A DNA stretch of 64,000 nucleotides from a virus (Duplodnaviria > Caudoviricetes). The stretch is from positions 1 to 64,000 of the IMG/VR virus record IMGVR_UViG_2599185236_000001; one strand, written 5' to 3'. This document shows, piece by piece, positions 36,988-45,868 of this stretch. The notes beneath the pieces were generated by a model. It did no database searches, had not been told where the DNA came from, and saw only the letters and a list, made by a program, of their open reading frames with translations. Position numbers and translations under genes: made by a program. Each line of letters begins with the position of its first letter. Within the stretch, counting starts at the first letter, position 1.

Positions 36988-37580
36988 CAGGCACCTCGCC
37001 AGTTGCGATGAGGCATCAGAAGGGCCTTGGAAGCCATTGGCATCTCGACGAGTTTGCCGTCGCCAACTTCCTCACGATTTTCGAACCAGTGCCCGATCAT
37101 CAGCAGAATTGCGTGCTTTATGCCCTTCGGCACATCGTCGTACCCAGCAGTGAAGGTGATGCGGATCACTTCCGGCTCGCAATCAGTAGATGGCCACGAA
37201 GAGCTGCGAGCTGGCTTGATGTAGCCCGGCTGTGTCGAGCCAACGCCGAAGACGCGGTAATCACTGATTTCGCCGTCGATGCCGTCTGATCCGATGAACT
37301 CCACCGTATCGACAGCCAGCAACGGGGCGAGAGGCAAGTGGAGCCTGCCCGACCGGCCGTTGTCGTCACTGCAAGGGAACCGATCCAGACTGAGCTGCCA
37401 CGTCTGTGGAGCGATTGCCCTTCCGAGCCAGCCATCTGCTCCATCGATCATTCCGACGGCAGTATCGACGAGGGCTTCGATATAATCGTCCTCGTCGTCA
37501 TGAAGAACACGGAGATGTGTCTTTGCTTCGGCCAGCGACACCACAGGCGCCGCCGGTGGCGTCACTAGCTTGAGCATCAT
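36987..37580 (-). CDS. head-tail connector (gp6-like)
   Basis: VSLAEAKTHLRV...DD-x-YI...KHAILLMIGHWFENRE. Confidence 0.88.
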   Translation of the reverse strand: MMLKLVTPPAAPVVSLAEAKTHLRVLHDDEDDYIEALVDTAVGMIDGADGWLGRAIAPQTWQLSLDRFPCSDDNGRSGRLHLPLAPLLAVDTVEFIGSDGIDGEISDYRVFGVGSTQPGYIKPARSSSWPSTDCEPEVIRITFTAGYDDVPKGIKHAILLMIGHWFENREEVGDGKLVEMPMASKALLMPHRNWRGA

Positions 37581-37774
37581 TATTTCCCGCGCTTCTTGGG
37601 GGCCTGAGGCGCGCCCTCGCCGTCTTCCGCGTCGGCCTCTACGTCAACACTGATGAAGCCCTCTCCGACAAGGCCATCGGTAGCGGCGCCAAAGTCACGT
37701 TCGTCACCCGTAACCAGGCTCTCGATCGTGAAACCGTCCGATGCGAAATCGAACGGCTTGATGACGACAGCCAT
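37580..37774 (-). CDS. small head-region protein
   Basis: 64 aa, coupled. Confidence 0.55.
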   Translation of the reverse strand: MAVVIKPFDFASDGFTIESLVTGDERDFGAATDGLVGEGFISVDVEADAEDGEGAPQAPKKRGK

Positions 37775-38160
37775 TAGGCCACCGGTGCGAGGCTGGCGTG
37801 TCCACCGATTACGACGGCGTCAGCGGCGATCGACGTGCCGGAGCTGAGCGTCAGGACCGGGCGGACATATCGCTTGGTTCCCTTGTATCCCACCTTGATC
37901 GAAGCCGAGGCGGACAGAGAGGCGGGAAAAGCGCCGAGCAGGTCGCCGGCTGCCACGTCCGTAAAGGTCGAGTTATCATCCGATTCCTGCAGCTTCGGAA
38001 CCATCACCGCGGCACCGACGATGGCGCCTGCATTGATGATGACAGTGGCGGAATTGTAGGGGCGAAGGTCGACGCCAGAGCCGTTGACCGATGCGGACTG
38101 AACCGCCGGTGCGATCGACTGGATTACGCCGATGCTGTTGTAAAGATCACGTTTTGCCAT
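37774..38160 (-). CDS. head decoration/cement-like protein
   Basis: GVDL...KLQESDD...KVGY-x-G-x-KRYVR; follows MCP. Confidence 0.65.
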   Translation of the reverse strand: MAKRDLYNSIGVIQSIAPAVQSASVNGSGVDLRPYNSATVIINAGAIVGAAVMVPKLQESDDNSTFTDVAAGDLLGAFPASLSASASIKVGYKGTKRYVRPVLTLSSGTSIAADAVVIGGHASLAPVA

Positions 38161-38208
38161 GTGGCCTAACTCCTTGAAAGATGCGGGGCGCCGTAGCGCC
38201 CCTTGTGA

Positions 38209-39606
38209 TTAGGCCGAGGTGACCATGAGCTTGACGGCTTCGAAGTTCACGACGTCGCCACCGACGCGGCGGCGGTTGTAGAACTTGACGTACGGCTTGG
38301 CGGTCAGGTTGTCGCGCAGCAGCGTCAGGCCGAGACGGTCGACGATGGTGTATGCTGCCTTGAAGTCACCGAAAGCCACCGGAAGCGAACCAGCTGCGAT
38401 TGCCGGCATGTCTTCACAGCGATTGACTGCGAAACCCAGGATCGTCGCCGGCTGGCCGCCCTTGATGTCACCCATCTGCCAGAGGTAGTTGCCCTGGCCA
38501 TCCTTGAGCTTCATGGCGTCGCGGACGGTGGTCCGCTTCATCAGGAAGTTGGCGTTCTGGGTGTAGTAGTCCTTCAGCGCGAAGACGAGGTTGTAGAAGG
38601 CGTCAGCGGTGATGGCAGTCGCACCACCGGAGACAATCTGCTCGATCTTGCCGTTTTCGAGGTGACCGTCGGCGCCGGACGTTGCCCAGTTGCCGTAGCT
38701 CAAGAGACCGCGCGGTTTGTTGACACCGTCACCGGTGAAGAATGCGCTGGCCTCGATGCGGCCCATGCGTTCGCCTACCTTGTTGCCGACCCACGCCTCA
38801 ATATCGAGGCCAGCGTCTTCCAACATGTTCTGCGTCACGCGCGGCTCAGCGAACATCTCATGAGCGAAGATCTTGGATACGCCGAGCTGCGACGTCGACG
38901 TTTCCGACGGTGCCTGGGTCTCGCCTACCCAGCCGCCGAAGCCAAATTCGCCTTCGTCGCGCGGGATTTCAAGTTCCTTGCCGCCGATCGTCTCGACCGT
39001 TGCGAGAGCGCGTAGATTCGAAGTCTCGAAGATGCGCTGGATGATGCGGCTGGAGACCGTCTTCGGGACAAGGTAGCCGCCGTCCGGATCGGAGCCGGTC
39101 TGCATTGCTGCCTGTACCGGGCCAGGCATAGCCGCGTCGGAGCGAGCGCGCATGTACGGCGCAAATGCCGCCGAGTAAGCCGCATAGGCCTCTTCGTCGG
39201 CGACGATCTCGGTGTTGATGCCGAGCTTGCCGGCGTTGGCCAGCTGCGCCTTTGCGAATTCGAATGCGGCCTTTGCGTCAGCCGCGCCTTCATCGCCTGC
39301 CCAGCCGCCGTTACCCGGGCGCTTTAGGACCGCGTCGATCTTGTCGACGTCGGCGGAAACAGCAACGATGCTGTCCGTGGCAGCCTTCAGCGATGCCTCC
39401 AGAGCGGCATGCTTGGTCTCAACGGCAGCAACGAGGGTGTCGATCTTGTTAACGGCGATCGGGTCGCCATCCTTGCCGTACTTGTCGAGCGTCGCGCGGA
39501 GCTCGTTAAGTTCGCGGCGGGTGTTGTCGTTGGCAGCACGGAAGTCATTGCCGAAGCGGGTAACTTCCGCCGAAATGGCGTCGATATTTTCCTGAGAAAC
39601 GGGCAC
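38209..39606 (-). CDS. major capsid protein, HK97 fold
   Basis: N-terminal coiled-coil delta domain, DGGYLVP, F-x-TGDG-x-NKPRG, FGDF...YTIVDR, RRVGG. Confidence 0.95.
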   Translation of the reverse strand: MPVSQENIDAISAEVTRFGNDFRAANDNTRRELNELRATLDKYGKDGDPIAVNKIDTLVAAVETKHAALEASLKAATDSIVAVSADVDKIDAVLKRPGNGGWAGDEGAADAKAAFEFAKAQLANAGKLGINTEIVADEEAYAAYSAAFAPYMRARSDAAMPGPVQAAMQTGSDPDGGYLVPKTVSSRIIQRIFETSNLRALATVETIGGKELEIPRDEGEFGFGGWVGETQAPSETSTSQLGVSKIFAHEMFAEPRVTQNMLEDAGLDIEAWVGNKVGERMGRIEASAFFTGDGVNKPRGLLSYGNWATSGADGHLENGKIEQIVSGGATAITADAFYNLVFALKDYYTQNANFLMKRTTVRDAMKLKDGQGNYLWQMGDIKGGQPATILGFAVNRCEDMPAIAAGSLPVAFGDFKAAYTIVDRLGLTLLRDNLTAKPYVKFYNRRRVGGDVVNFEAVKLMVTSA

Positions 39607-39615
39607 GAGTGCCTC

Positions 39616-40479
39616 CTATGATTGGGTGTGGAATGCGGCGCGGGCCTTTGCGAGGGCCTCTGCCAAACCTGAAAGCTTCACGTCGCCAGCATCCCGCGTG
39701 GCCTGAATGTCGCTTGTGTCGACTTCGCGCATTGCTGCGCGAGCCTTTGAGCGAGACCACCCAGCGTCCTGCGTGAGTGCTCGTTCCATGTCTCGTTTTG
39801 TGGGCTGGGTGTCGGACGTGTCGTCGTCTTCCCATAGCAGGGCTTTCGGCACATGGCCGAAAACGGAAAGGTCAAACTTCGCCTGCGGCTCCGCCGTCAA
39901 TCCGATGGACGTGGCAAAACCGGCGTCTTTGGCTTCTCGTGCAGTCAGCCAAGTCTCGTCATCCATCATCTGCTTGATGGCGCGGATCCCTGTCGTGGTG
40001 CGAGCCGCGTAGGTTCGGGCCAATGCGTCATCGATCTTACCGAGAACAGTGGCAACATCAGACAGGTCGTGCCTGTTGCCGACGCCAATGGTCCAAGCGT
40101 TGTGGATCATGAACATTGCGTTGTCTGCGATGACGATCTCGTCACCGGCCATGGCGATGATGGAAGCGATGGATGCCGCCAAGCCGACCACCTCGACCTT
40201 TACCTTGCCGTCGTAAGCAAGGAGGTCGTTGTAGATCGAGATGCCGTCAAACACGTCGCCGCCTGGCGAGTTGATCCGCAGCGTAATGTCGCCGCTGACT
40301 TGGGAAAGCTGAGACCGGAATGACCGGGCGTTGACGCCCCAATAGCCGATTTCATCGTAGAGGTGGATAACCGTTCCGGAGCTCTCCGCCTTGGCTTCAA
40401 ATTTGGTGCCTACAGCGCGCGCAAAGAATCGGTCACGGCGCTCTCCCGCTCGGGGCGCGCCGACGTCAATTTTATCCAT
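39616..40479 (-). CDS. prohead protease, ClpP-like (S14)
   Basis: LYDEIG, INSPGGDVFDG, GLAASIAS, FMIHNAW, ETWLTA. Confidence 0.93.
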   Translation of the reverse strand: MDKIDVGAPRAGERRDRFFARAVGTKFEAKAESSGTVIHLYDEIGYWGVNARSFRSQLSQVSGDITLRINSPGGDVFDGISIYNDLLAYDGKVKVEVVGLAASIASIIAMAGDEIVIADNAMFMIHNAWTIGVGNRHDLSDVATVLGKIDDALARTYAARTTTGIRAIKQMMDDETWLTAREAKDAGFATSIGLTAEPQAKFDLSVFGHVPKALLWEDDDTSDTQPTKRDMERALTQDAGWSRSKARAAMREVDTSDIQATRDAGDVKLSGLAEALAKARAAFHTQS

Positions 40480-40487
40480 GAGGGATC

Positions 40488-41720
40488 CTATTTCGCCGCA
40501 TTGTCGTTGGCGGGCGACGGAGCTGGCTTGTCGACCTGAATAGCGGGGTTCTCGAACACATCACCGCCCTCACGGGGGTTCATGTTCTCCTTGATGCGGG
40601 CCTCGTTCGCACTCATCCATTTGTTCTGGATGGCGGATGAGTAGGCCTCGTACCGCGCTTTTGTGTCGCCTCGCAGCATCGCGTCAATGAGGAACTCGCA
40701 GAAGTAACCCTCTGCTCTGTCCCTCTCGGTCAGCAGGTCTCGGTTGATTGCCTGCTCCCATCGCACCAGCCAAGGCCGAAGGCTATGAATGATGAAGTCC
40801 AGGGTCTGGAATTCGATGTTTGAGAAGGTCGCCTTCTCGAGATCGTTGACCAGGTGAGCAGGGACGCGGAAAATGCCGGCGATCTCAGATCGTTGGAACT
40901 TGCGACCATCGATGAACTCGGCATCCTTGGGTGCGATGTTCATCGAAATCCATTCCATCCCCTCCTCGAGGATGATCGGCTTGCCGCTGTTCTCCAAACC
41001 AGCGTAACGCTCGGAGAACTGCTGGCGCAGATTTTCCGTGGCTATCGGCCCGATGACCTTTGGGTGCTTCAACACGCCGGTTGGCTTGACGCCGTTCCGG
41101 TACATGTTGGAACCAAATGATTCGGCGGCCATACCAAGGCCGATTGCCTCCCGCGCGAGCGAGATCATTGATCGCCCAACATAGCCCTTCGGCAATGGAC
41201 CACGTATGTGGTGCATGTCTTTCGAAGTGAGCTTGGCCTTCGTGTTGTCAGGCATGGTCGCCTCGTACTTCGGTGACCAGTCCATAGCCTGCGTGATCGT
41301 CACGCCGTCTGGGTTAAGTGGAATAAGCCCGATCGCTTGCCCGAGCCGATTACGCTCGACGTAGCTGTAGCCGTTGCCACGCAGCGATAGGTTGACCATC
41401 GTGCCTTCGGCATATTCGAACGCGGAATTCCACCCGTTAGCCTGATCGTGCAGCACCTTGTAGAGTGGATGCTCGGTGGCTCGGTCTTTTCCGCCATCCT
41501 TGCGCCTCTTGTAGAGGATGCAAGGAAGGCTGGCGACACTCTCGGCAAGTACGCGCACGCAGATCAACACCGTCGTGTAGCGTAGGGCAGTCTCGGGCGA
41601 GACGTAAACTCCTGTCGCAGCGAGGTTCCCACCGCTCTGCAGCTTTGCCCATTCATCCATGGGCAAGCTGGTGATCTCAGCTCGGGGGCGCATAAGCGCG
41701 CCGAAAATTCCAGCCATCAA
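40488..41720 (-). CDS. portal protein, HK97 family
   Basis: HPLYKVLH...N, L-x-GNGY, LEEGM...KDAEF, FRVP-x-HL, NEAR-x-x-EN. Confidence 0.95.
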   Translation of the reverse strand: MMAGIFGALMRPRAEITSLPMDEWAKLQSGGNLAATGVYVSPETALRYTTVLICVRVLAESVASLPCILYKRRKDGGKDRATEHPLYKVLHDQANGWNSAFEYAEGTMVNLSLRGNGYSYVERNRLGQAIGLIPLNPDGVTITQAMDWSPKYEATMPDNTKAKLTSKDMHHIRGPLPKGYVGRSMISLAREAIGLGMAAESFGSNMYRNGVKPTGVLKHPKVIGPIATENLRQQFSERYAGLENSGKPIILEEGMEWISMNIAPKDAEFIDGRKFQRSEIAGIFRVPAHLVNDLEKATFSNIEFQTLDFIIHSLRPWLVRWEQAINRDLLTERDRAEGYFCEFLIDAMLRGDTKARYEAYSSAIQNKWMSANEARIKENMNPREGGDVFENPAIQVDKPAPSPANDNAAK

Positions 41721-41896
41721 TCACCGCCATTGTTGCGGGCGTCGAGCAGAACTCCCGCCAGGATTAAAAGCCCACCGACGATGAAGCCGGCAGGCGGATA
41801 GATCATCCATGAGCCAATAGCGATGGATGCTACTGCGGAAACGCCGACGGCATCTCGCGCAAGGACGGCAAGAGTTGCCGCGCTTGGGAATGTCAT
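41717..41896 (-). CDS. small 2-TM protein between terminase and portal
   Basis: MTFPSAATLAVLARDAVG...PPAGFIVGGLLILAGVLL; ATGA overlaps. Confidence 0.6.
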   Translation of the reverse strand: MTFPSAATLAVLARDAVGVSAVASIAIGSWMIYPPAGFIVGGLLILAGVLLDARNNGGD

Positions 41897-43473
41897 AGTT
41901 CGACGAATCCTCGTGTTTCATAGACCGACGGTCCAGATCCACCTTCGTAGGTGCCGGCCATCGCCGTCGCCATCGTCAGCGCCACAGCACCGTCGATACG
42001 TCCTCTGGACTTCTGCTTGTCGAGCTTGCGGTTGCCGCTCGGATCCTGCTTCACCGTTGCATTCATCACGCACATGGTGAGTACGGGATGACCGCCATGC
42101 GCGAGCTTTTTGTTGAGCACCATGCTCTCGAGCTCCCGTATGGCAGGAGACATGGAAGCGAAGCCCTGGCCAAACTGCTCGAAGATGGCTTCATCACCCT
42201 CAAGCTGCTCCTCGGTGAAACCGACCTTGAGCAACCAAGGTTTGAGGTGGCGCCAGTTCCAGCGGTCGAACGCTATCTTGCGGATGTCGAGCTGCTGTTG
42301 AAGCTCAAAAAGATGAGACGCGACAAACTCGTAGTCGACGGTCGGCCCTGGCGTCGTCTCAAGGAACCGCTGACCGTCTTCGTCTGGCTTATTCCAGATG
42401 TCGTACGGAACGCGGTCGGCTTTGGCCTTTTCGCGCAGCGCCTCGCCAGGCAACCAAAATGTCGGCTTGACGTGCCAGACCGTGCCCGCGTCCGTTTCCT
42501 TCGGCGCCATAAGCACTAGGGACGTCAAGTCAGATACTTCGGACAGATCGAGGCCGCCGAAAACGGGCAGTCCTTTGAAGTCGTCGACTGCGCTCTCGCA
42601 AGCGCGCCAGACGGTTGGCGGGAACAGTGGGGCTGAGGCATCGATACGCTGATTGAGGAATAGCCAGCGAAAGCTGGCCTCCTTCGTCGGCATGCGCATG
42701 GCCAGCTGCGAGAAGTCTTCGACGTCCTTGACCGAACGGAAAACGCCAAGCGCTGGATTGGCTGCGGCCCACCCTGCCCGGTCGTTGAGCTCACACTCAA
42801 CCGGCGCGGTGTAGATATGCGAAACGATGCGTGGATCCTTTGACGTCTCGGCGTCGTCGATCCAGCGCGAGAAAAGGTCGTTGTCAGTGGCGGCCTGCGT
42901 CGAGATGGCGAACAGCATCGCCCGGCCCTCGTAGGCTCCCTGCGACGTCTCGATCGCCTCAACGAAATCATCTGTCGGGCCTTTGATCTGGCCGACCTCG
43001 TCAAGAATGGCGAGAATGGGCGAACCGCCATGCGCGCTCTTCGCCTCAGCCGAACTGGCCTGGTACTCGACGTTCTTGGCGAGGCCGACAATCATCTTCG
43101 CAGATGGAACGATGCGCGCGAGCTTTGAGAGCTCAGGCGACATCATGATCATTTTTGCACTGTAATTGAATACTTCGGCAGCCTGTTTGCGGGAGCGAGC
43201 GCCAGAGACAATTCGGCCGTTCTGGTACGCCTCAGGCCCAACGATGTGGGCCAATAGAAGACAGGCAATTAGACCTGTCTTGCCGTTCTTACGGGCAATC
43301 GACAGATAAGCGCGAGATGTGCCGACCGGATTGTCGTAGACGGCGAGGATGAACTTCTTCTGGAAGTCCAGCAGCTTTACCGGCTTGCCGAGTAATGTCC
43401 CTTCGGGGACGAGGCAGTAGCGCTCCACGAACGCAATGACGCGCTCGCCGCGTGTCATCGGCTTCTTTGCCAT
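41893..43473 (-). CDS. terL: terminase large subunit
   Basis: LLDFQK, SIARKNGKT, LDEVG, ISTQ, GLDLS, FDRW, RIDGAVA. Confidence 0.95.
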   Translation of the reverse strand: MAKKPMTRGERVIAFVERYCLVPEGTLLGKPVKLLDFQKKFILAVYDNPVGTSRAYLSIARKNGKTGLIACLLLAHIVGPEAYQNGRIVSGARSRKQAAEVFNYSAKMIMMSPELSKLARIVPSAKMIVGLAKNVEYQASSAEAKSAHGGSPILAILDEVGQIKGPTDDFVEAIETSQGAYEGRAMLFAISTQAATDNDLFSRWIDDAETSKDPRIVSHIYTAPVECELNDRAGWAAANPALGVFRSVKDVEDFSQLAMRMPTKEASFRWLFLNQRIDASAPLFPPTVWRACESAVDDFKGLPVFGGLDLSEVSDLTSLVLMAPKETDAGTVWHVKPTFWLPGEALREKAKADRVPYDIWNKPDEDGQRFLETTPGPTVDYEFVASHLFELQQQLDIRKIAFDRWNWRHLKPWLLKVGFTEEQLEGDEAIFEQFGQGFASMSPAIRELESMVLNKKLAHGGHPVLTMCVMNATVKQDPSGNRKLDKQKSRGRIDGAVALTMATAMAGTYEGGSGPSVYETRGFVEL

Positions 43474-43524
43474 ATGTGTACTTCACCCTCGCGTGCGCGC
43501 AATGCGCGATCGCGCGCGAGGCCG

Positions 43525-43989
43525 TCATCCAGGCCTAGCCAGCAGGTCATCCTCTAAGGGGTTGTTGCCCTCGATTCCCTTGGCCGCTTCGCGCCTCTTT
43601 GCTGCGTCTCTTGCCTCGCCCTGTTGAGCCCTAGCGTGCAGGGCCAGAGATCGACGAAAGGAAAGGATGCTGGCCGCGTGCATCTGCACGATTGTTTTGC
43701 GCGGATTGGCGACGGGCGTGCCTTTCTCGCTGTAGGAGACGCCGCCCTCATCGCGAAGGAGAGCTTGCTCCCGCACGAGGTCGGCCATCGTCCTAGCGAG
43801 CATGGCGGCAAGCTCAAGCTGATGGTCGGACCATTCCGACCGAGCGAACTCGGCAACCACGTTTCGGAAGAACGGCTCATCGCCCTCATCGAGCGGGACG
43901 TTGCTCGGCGGCAGGATCTCGATTGTGGCCTTGGCCATGACGCGCACGGCTTCAGCCGCGCTGTCGATGCGCGCCTTCCTCTTCGCCAT
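43525..43989 (-). CDS. terS: terminase small subunit (P27-like)
   Basis: EGGV...G-x-PVANP...LAL; upstream of terL. Confidence 0.8.
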   Translation of the reverse strand: MAKRKARIDSAAEAVRVMAKATIEILPPSNVPLDEGDEPFFRNVVAEFARSEWSDHQLELAAMLARTMADLVREQALLRDEGGVSYSEKGTPVANPRKTIVQMHAASILSFRRSLALHARAQQGEARDAAKRREAAKGIEGNNPLEDDLLARPG

Positions 43990-44025
43990 GTCGTGTATCC
44001 TCCTACGTGATGGACCGCCCCAGAA

Positions 44026-44050
44026 CGAACACATTGCTCACGGATTGTTT
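44026..44050 (+). promoter_or_regulatory. possible EcfG/RpoE2-type promoter
   Basis: cGAAC-N16-GTTT upstream of DUF982 gene. Confidence 0.35.
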
Positions 44051-44078
44051 CATGCTGTAACGATTGATGGAGAAACCA

Positions 44079-44285
44079 ATGTCCAAAGAGTGGTCACACC
44101 CGGTTCGCCTGAATGACGGTGGTCTTATCATCACGATTGCTACGGCAGCTCAGGCCAGCAACTTTATGCGGCACGCAAAGCTCAGCTCTCGTTGGGCTGA
44201 TGCGCTGGCAAAATGCTCAGCCGCGGCTGATGGTCGGCTGTCACATGATGAAGCGCGTCTGGCCTTTCTAAAGGCAGCGCACTAA
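44079..44285 (+). CDS. DUF982-like protein
   Basis: W-x-HPV...A-x-x-F...AL-x-x-C-x-AA-x-G...ARLAFLKAA. Confidence 0.65.
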   Translation: MSKEWSHPVRLNDGGLIITIATAAQASNFMRHAKLSSRWADALAKCSAAADGRLSHDEARLAFLKAAH

Positions 44286-44434
44286 GGCGCCTTCTAGTAC
44301 CAAAAACCTACCACTCGCGCGCTTGCGCACGCGGGAGGCAAAAAACTGTGTTTGGGTTTGCGTTGTTGGACACCGCCGGTACGCGTCGCCGTCGGGCCAG
44401 ACTTTCGACCGCCCCCTCCCCGCCTCATCGGCCT

Positions 44435-44459
44435 GGAACGCCTTGGCGTTCTGCTGGTT
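44435..44459 (+). promoter_or_regulatory. EcfG/RpoE2-type promoter
   Basis: GGAAC-N16-GGTT followed by AGGAGGAG RBS. Confidence 0.5.
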
Positions 44460-44481
44460 TGGCTTATAGGAGGAGTTACTA

Positions 44482-44583
44482 ATGCACAGACGACATCGAA
44501 ACACCCGAGAACTTGCGCACTACGTTGGCCTTAACGTTGCGCTAGCCCTGCTCATCGGATCACTCGCGTGGATGGCGCACTAG
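44482..44583 (+). CDS. 33-aa single-TM peptide
   Basis: strong RBS; MHRRHRNTRELAHYVGLNVALALLIGSLAWMAH. Confidence 0.5.
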   Translation: MHRRHRNTRELAHYVGLNVALALLIGSLAWMAH

Positions 44584-44587
44584 TTAG

Positions 44588-44935
44588 CTATCCAAGTTCG
44601 ATCGGATACCCGTCGACCCCTATGACCGCGACCTTCTTGCCGCGCTCCATCACCTGCTTGGCGCTGTTGTGGTGGTGAGCGCAAAGCGACTGCAGGTTCA
44701 GTGGGTCATGGAATAGTTCAAGGTCGCCTTTGTGCGCCTTGCGATGGTCGACGACCTCGGCAGCCGTGATGTCCTCGGTGATCAGACAGAACTCGCAAAG
44801 CGGCTGAACCGCAAGCTGATGCTGGCGTAGCCGCTTCCATGCTGCTGTCTGGTAGAGGTGGTGCCAGGTGGACTTGGTTGCGGGGGCTGGACTTGAACCA
44901 GCGACCTCTTGGTTATGAGCCAAGCGAGCTACCAT
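44588..44935 (-). CDS. HNH endonuclease (packaging-associated)
   Basis: LY-x-x-x-AW-x-x-LR, PLCEFC, VVDH, H, NLQSLC-x-x-HHN; start lies within tRNA. Confidence 0.85.
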   Translation of the reverse strand: MVARLAHNQEVAGSSPAPATKSTWHHLYQTAAWKRLRQHQLAVQPLCEFCLITEDITAAEVVDHRKAHKGDLELFHDPLNLQSLCAHHHNSAKQVMERGKKVAVIGVDGYPIELG

Positions 44936-44951
44936 GCTGCTCTACCCCGCA
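44875..44951 (-). tRNA. tRNA-Met (CAT), initiator-like
   Basis: 77 nt TGCGGGGTAGAGCAGCATGGTAGCTCGCTTGGCTCATAACCAAGAGGTCGCTGGTTCAAGTCCAGCCCCCGCAACCA; cloverleaf, encoded CCA, A11-U24. Confidence 0.93.
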
Positions 44952-45050
44952 TTACTTGGAATGACCGCTCCAAATACCCATATGTTGATCACGAGCGGCC
45001 GCCACGGTGCGTGGCCATTGTCTGGCCGCTTCATCTCAAGGAGACAATCC

Positions 45051-45212
45051 ATGACAGAACGAGAAGGCGCCTCGGCGCCAGCGCCTGCCTATGAACCGAA
45101 GGTACTAGCCAAGAAGTTCAGGATACCTGTCGAAGATGCAGTCAAAATCATCGACGAGTATGGCTCAGACCGTAAGGCCATCGACAAAGCCGCTCGCCGT
45201 ATCGCGGCTTAA
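45051..45212 (+). CDS. small hypothetical protein
   Basis: RBS AAGGAGAC; LAKKFRIPVEDAVKII. Confidence 0.6.
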   Translation: MTEREGASAPAPAYEPKVLAKKFRIPVEDAVKIIDEYGSDRKAIDKAARRIAA

Positions 45213-45549
45213 AAACAAAAGCGGCGATCTCGACCCGATGGGGAGACCGCCGCAGGACTACCTGTCGCGAGAGGAGGCGCGCCAGGTAATGGGGATGCAG
45301 CGTACGGCGAAGGCCATGTTGCGGGCCAGGCCCTAGACGCTGCGAATAGATGCACCCAGCCACTGCTCGTCAGCAGCGCCCTCACGTTAATTCGTGACGT
45401 TAGGCATATGCTCGCCATGGTGACGGTACGAAACCCGGCACGATTGAAAGCACAGAGGACTAGGGTGCTCATGAATGCCGCCGTGGTCCGCTATGCGGCT
45501 CGACACGGCAGGCTGCCCAAAATAATATGACTAATTATCGCGCTTCACG

Positions 45550-45574
45550 GGAACCGAATATCAACTAGCGTGTT
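45550..45574 (+). promoter_or_regulatory. EcfG/RpoE2-type promoter
   Basis: GGAAC-N16-TGTT upstream of small TM ORF. Confidence 0.45.
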
Positions 45575-45608
45575 GATATGCCGTTTTTCCATCACAAGCG
45601 GTCCCGTC

Positions 45609-45740
45609 ATGCATCTCGTCTATATCGCTGTCGCAATCGCAACGTTCGCCATGCTGATCTACTCAACGGCGCTGATGCCGATCTATACAGCTTACCCATT
45701 CTCATACTCATCTGAGTTCGTCACCACAGTGCGCATGTGA
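45609..45740 (+). CDS. 43-aa membrane peptide
   Basis: MHLVYIAVAIATFAMLIYSTALMP... Confidence 0.35.
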   Translation: MHLVYIAVAIATFAMLIYSTALMPIYTAYPFSYSSEFVTTVRM

Positions 45741-45868
45741 TTGGGTTGTATAGTTACGCCCGGCTCACGTCGTGGCCGAGCGTCCGTCGCAACATCGGTG
45801 CGTCCGGAGAGGTGTGGGGCACCTATCGGCAACCCCTTCACCTATACAGGTGGCAACTTCGCAGAAAG

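Noticed and set aside
44330-44430. Candidate cos site between HNH and terS (GGGGAGGGGGCGGTCGAAAG tract)
   Set aside because: Position is plausible but the cohesive end cannot be identified from sequence alone; needs terminus sequencing.
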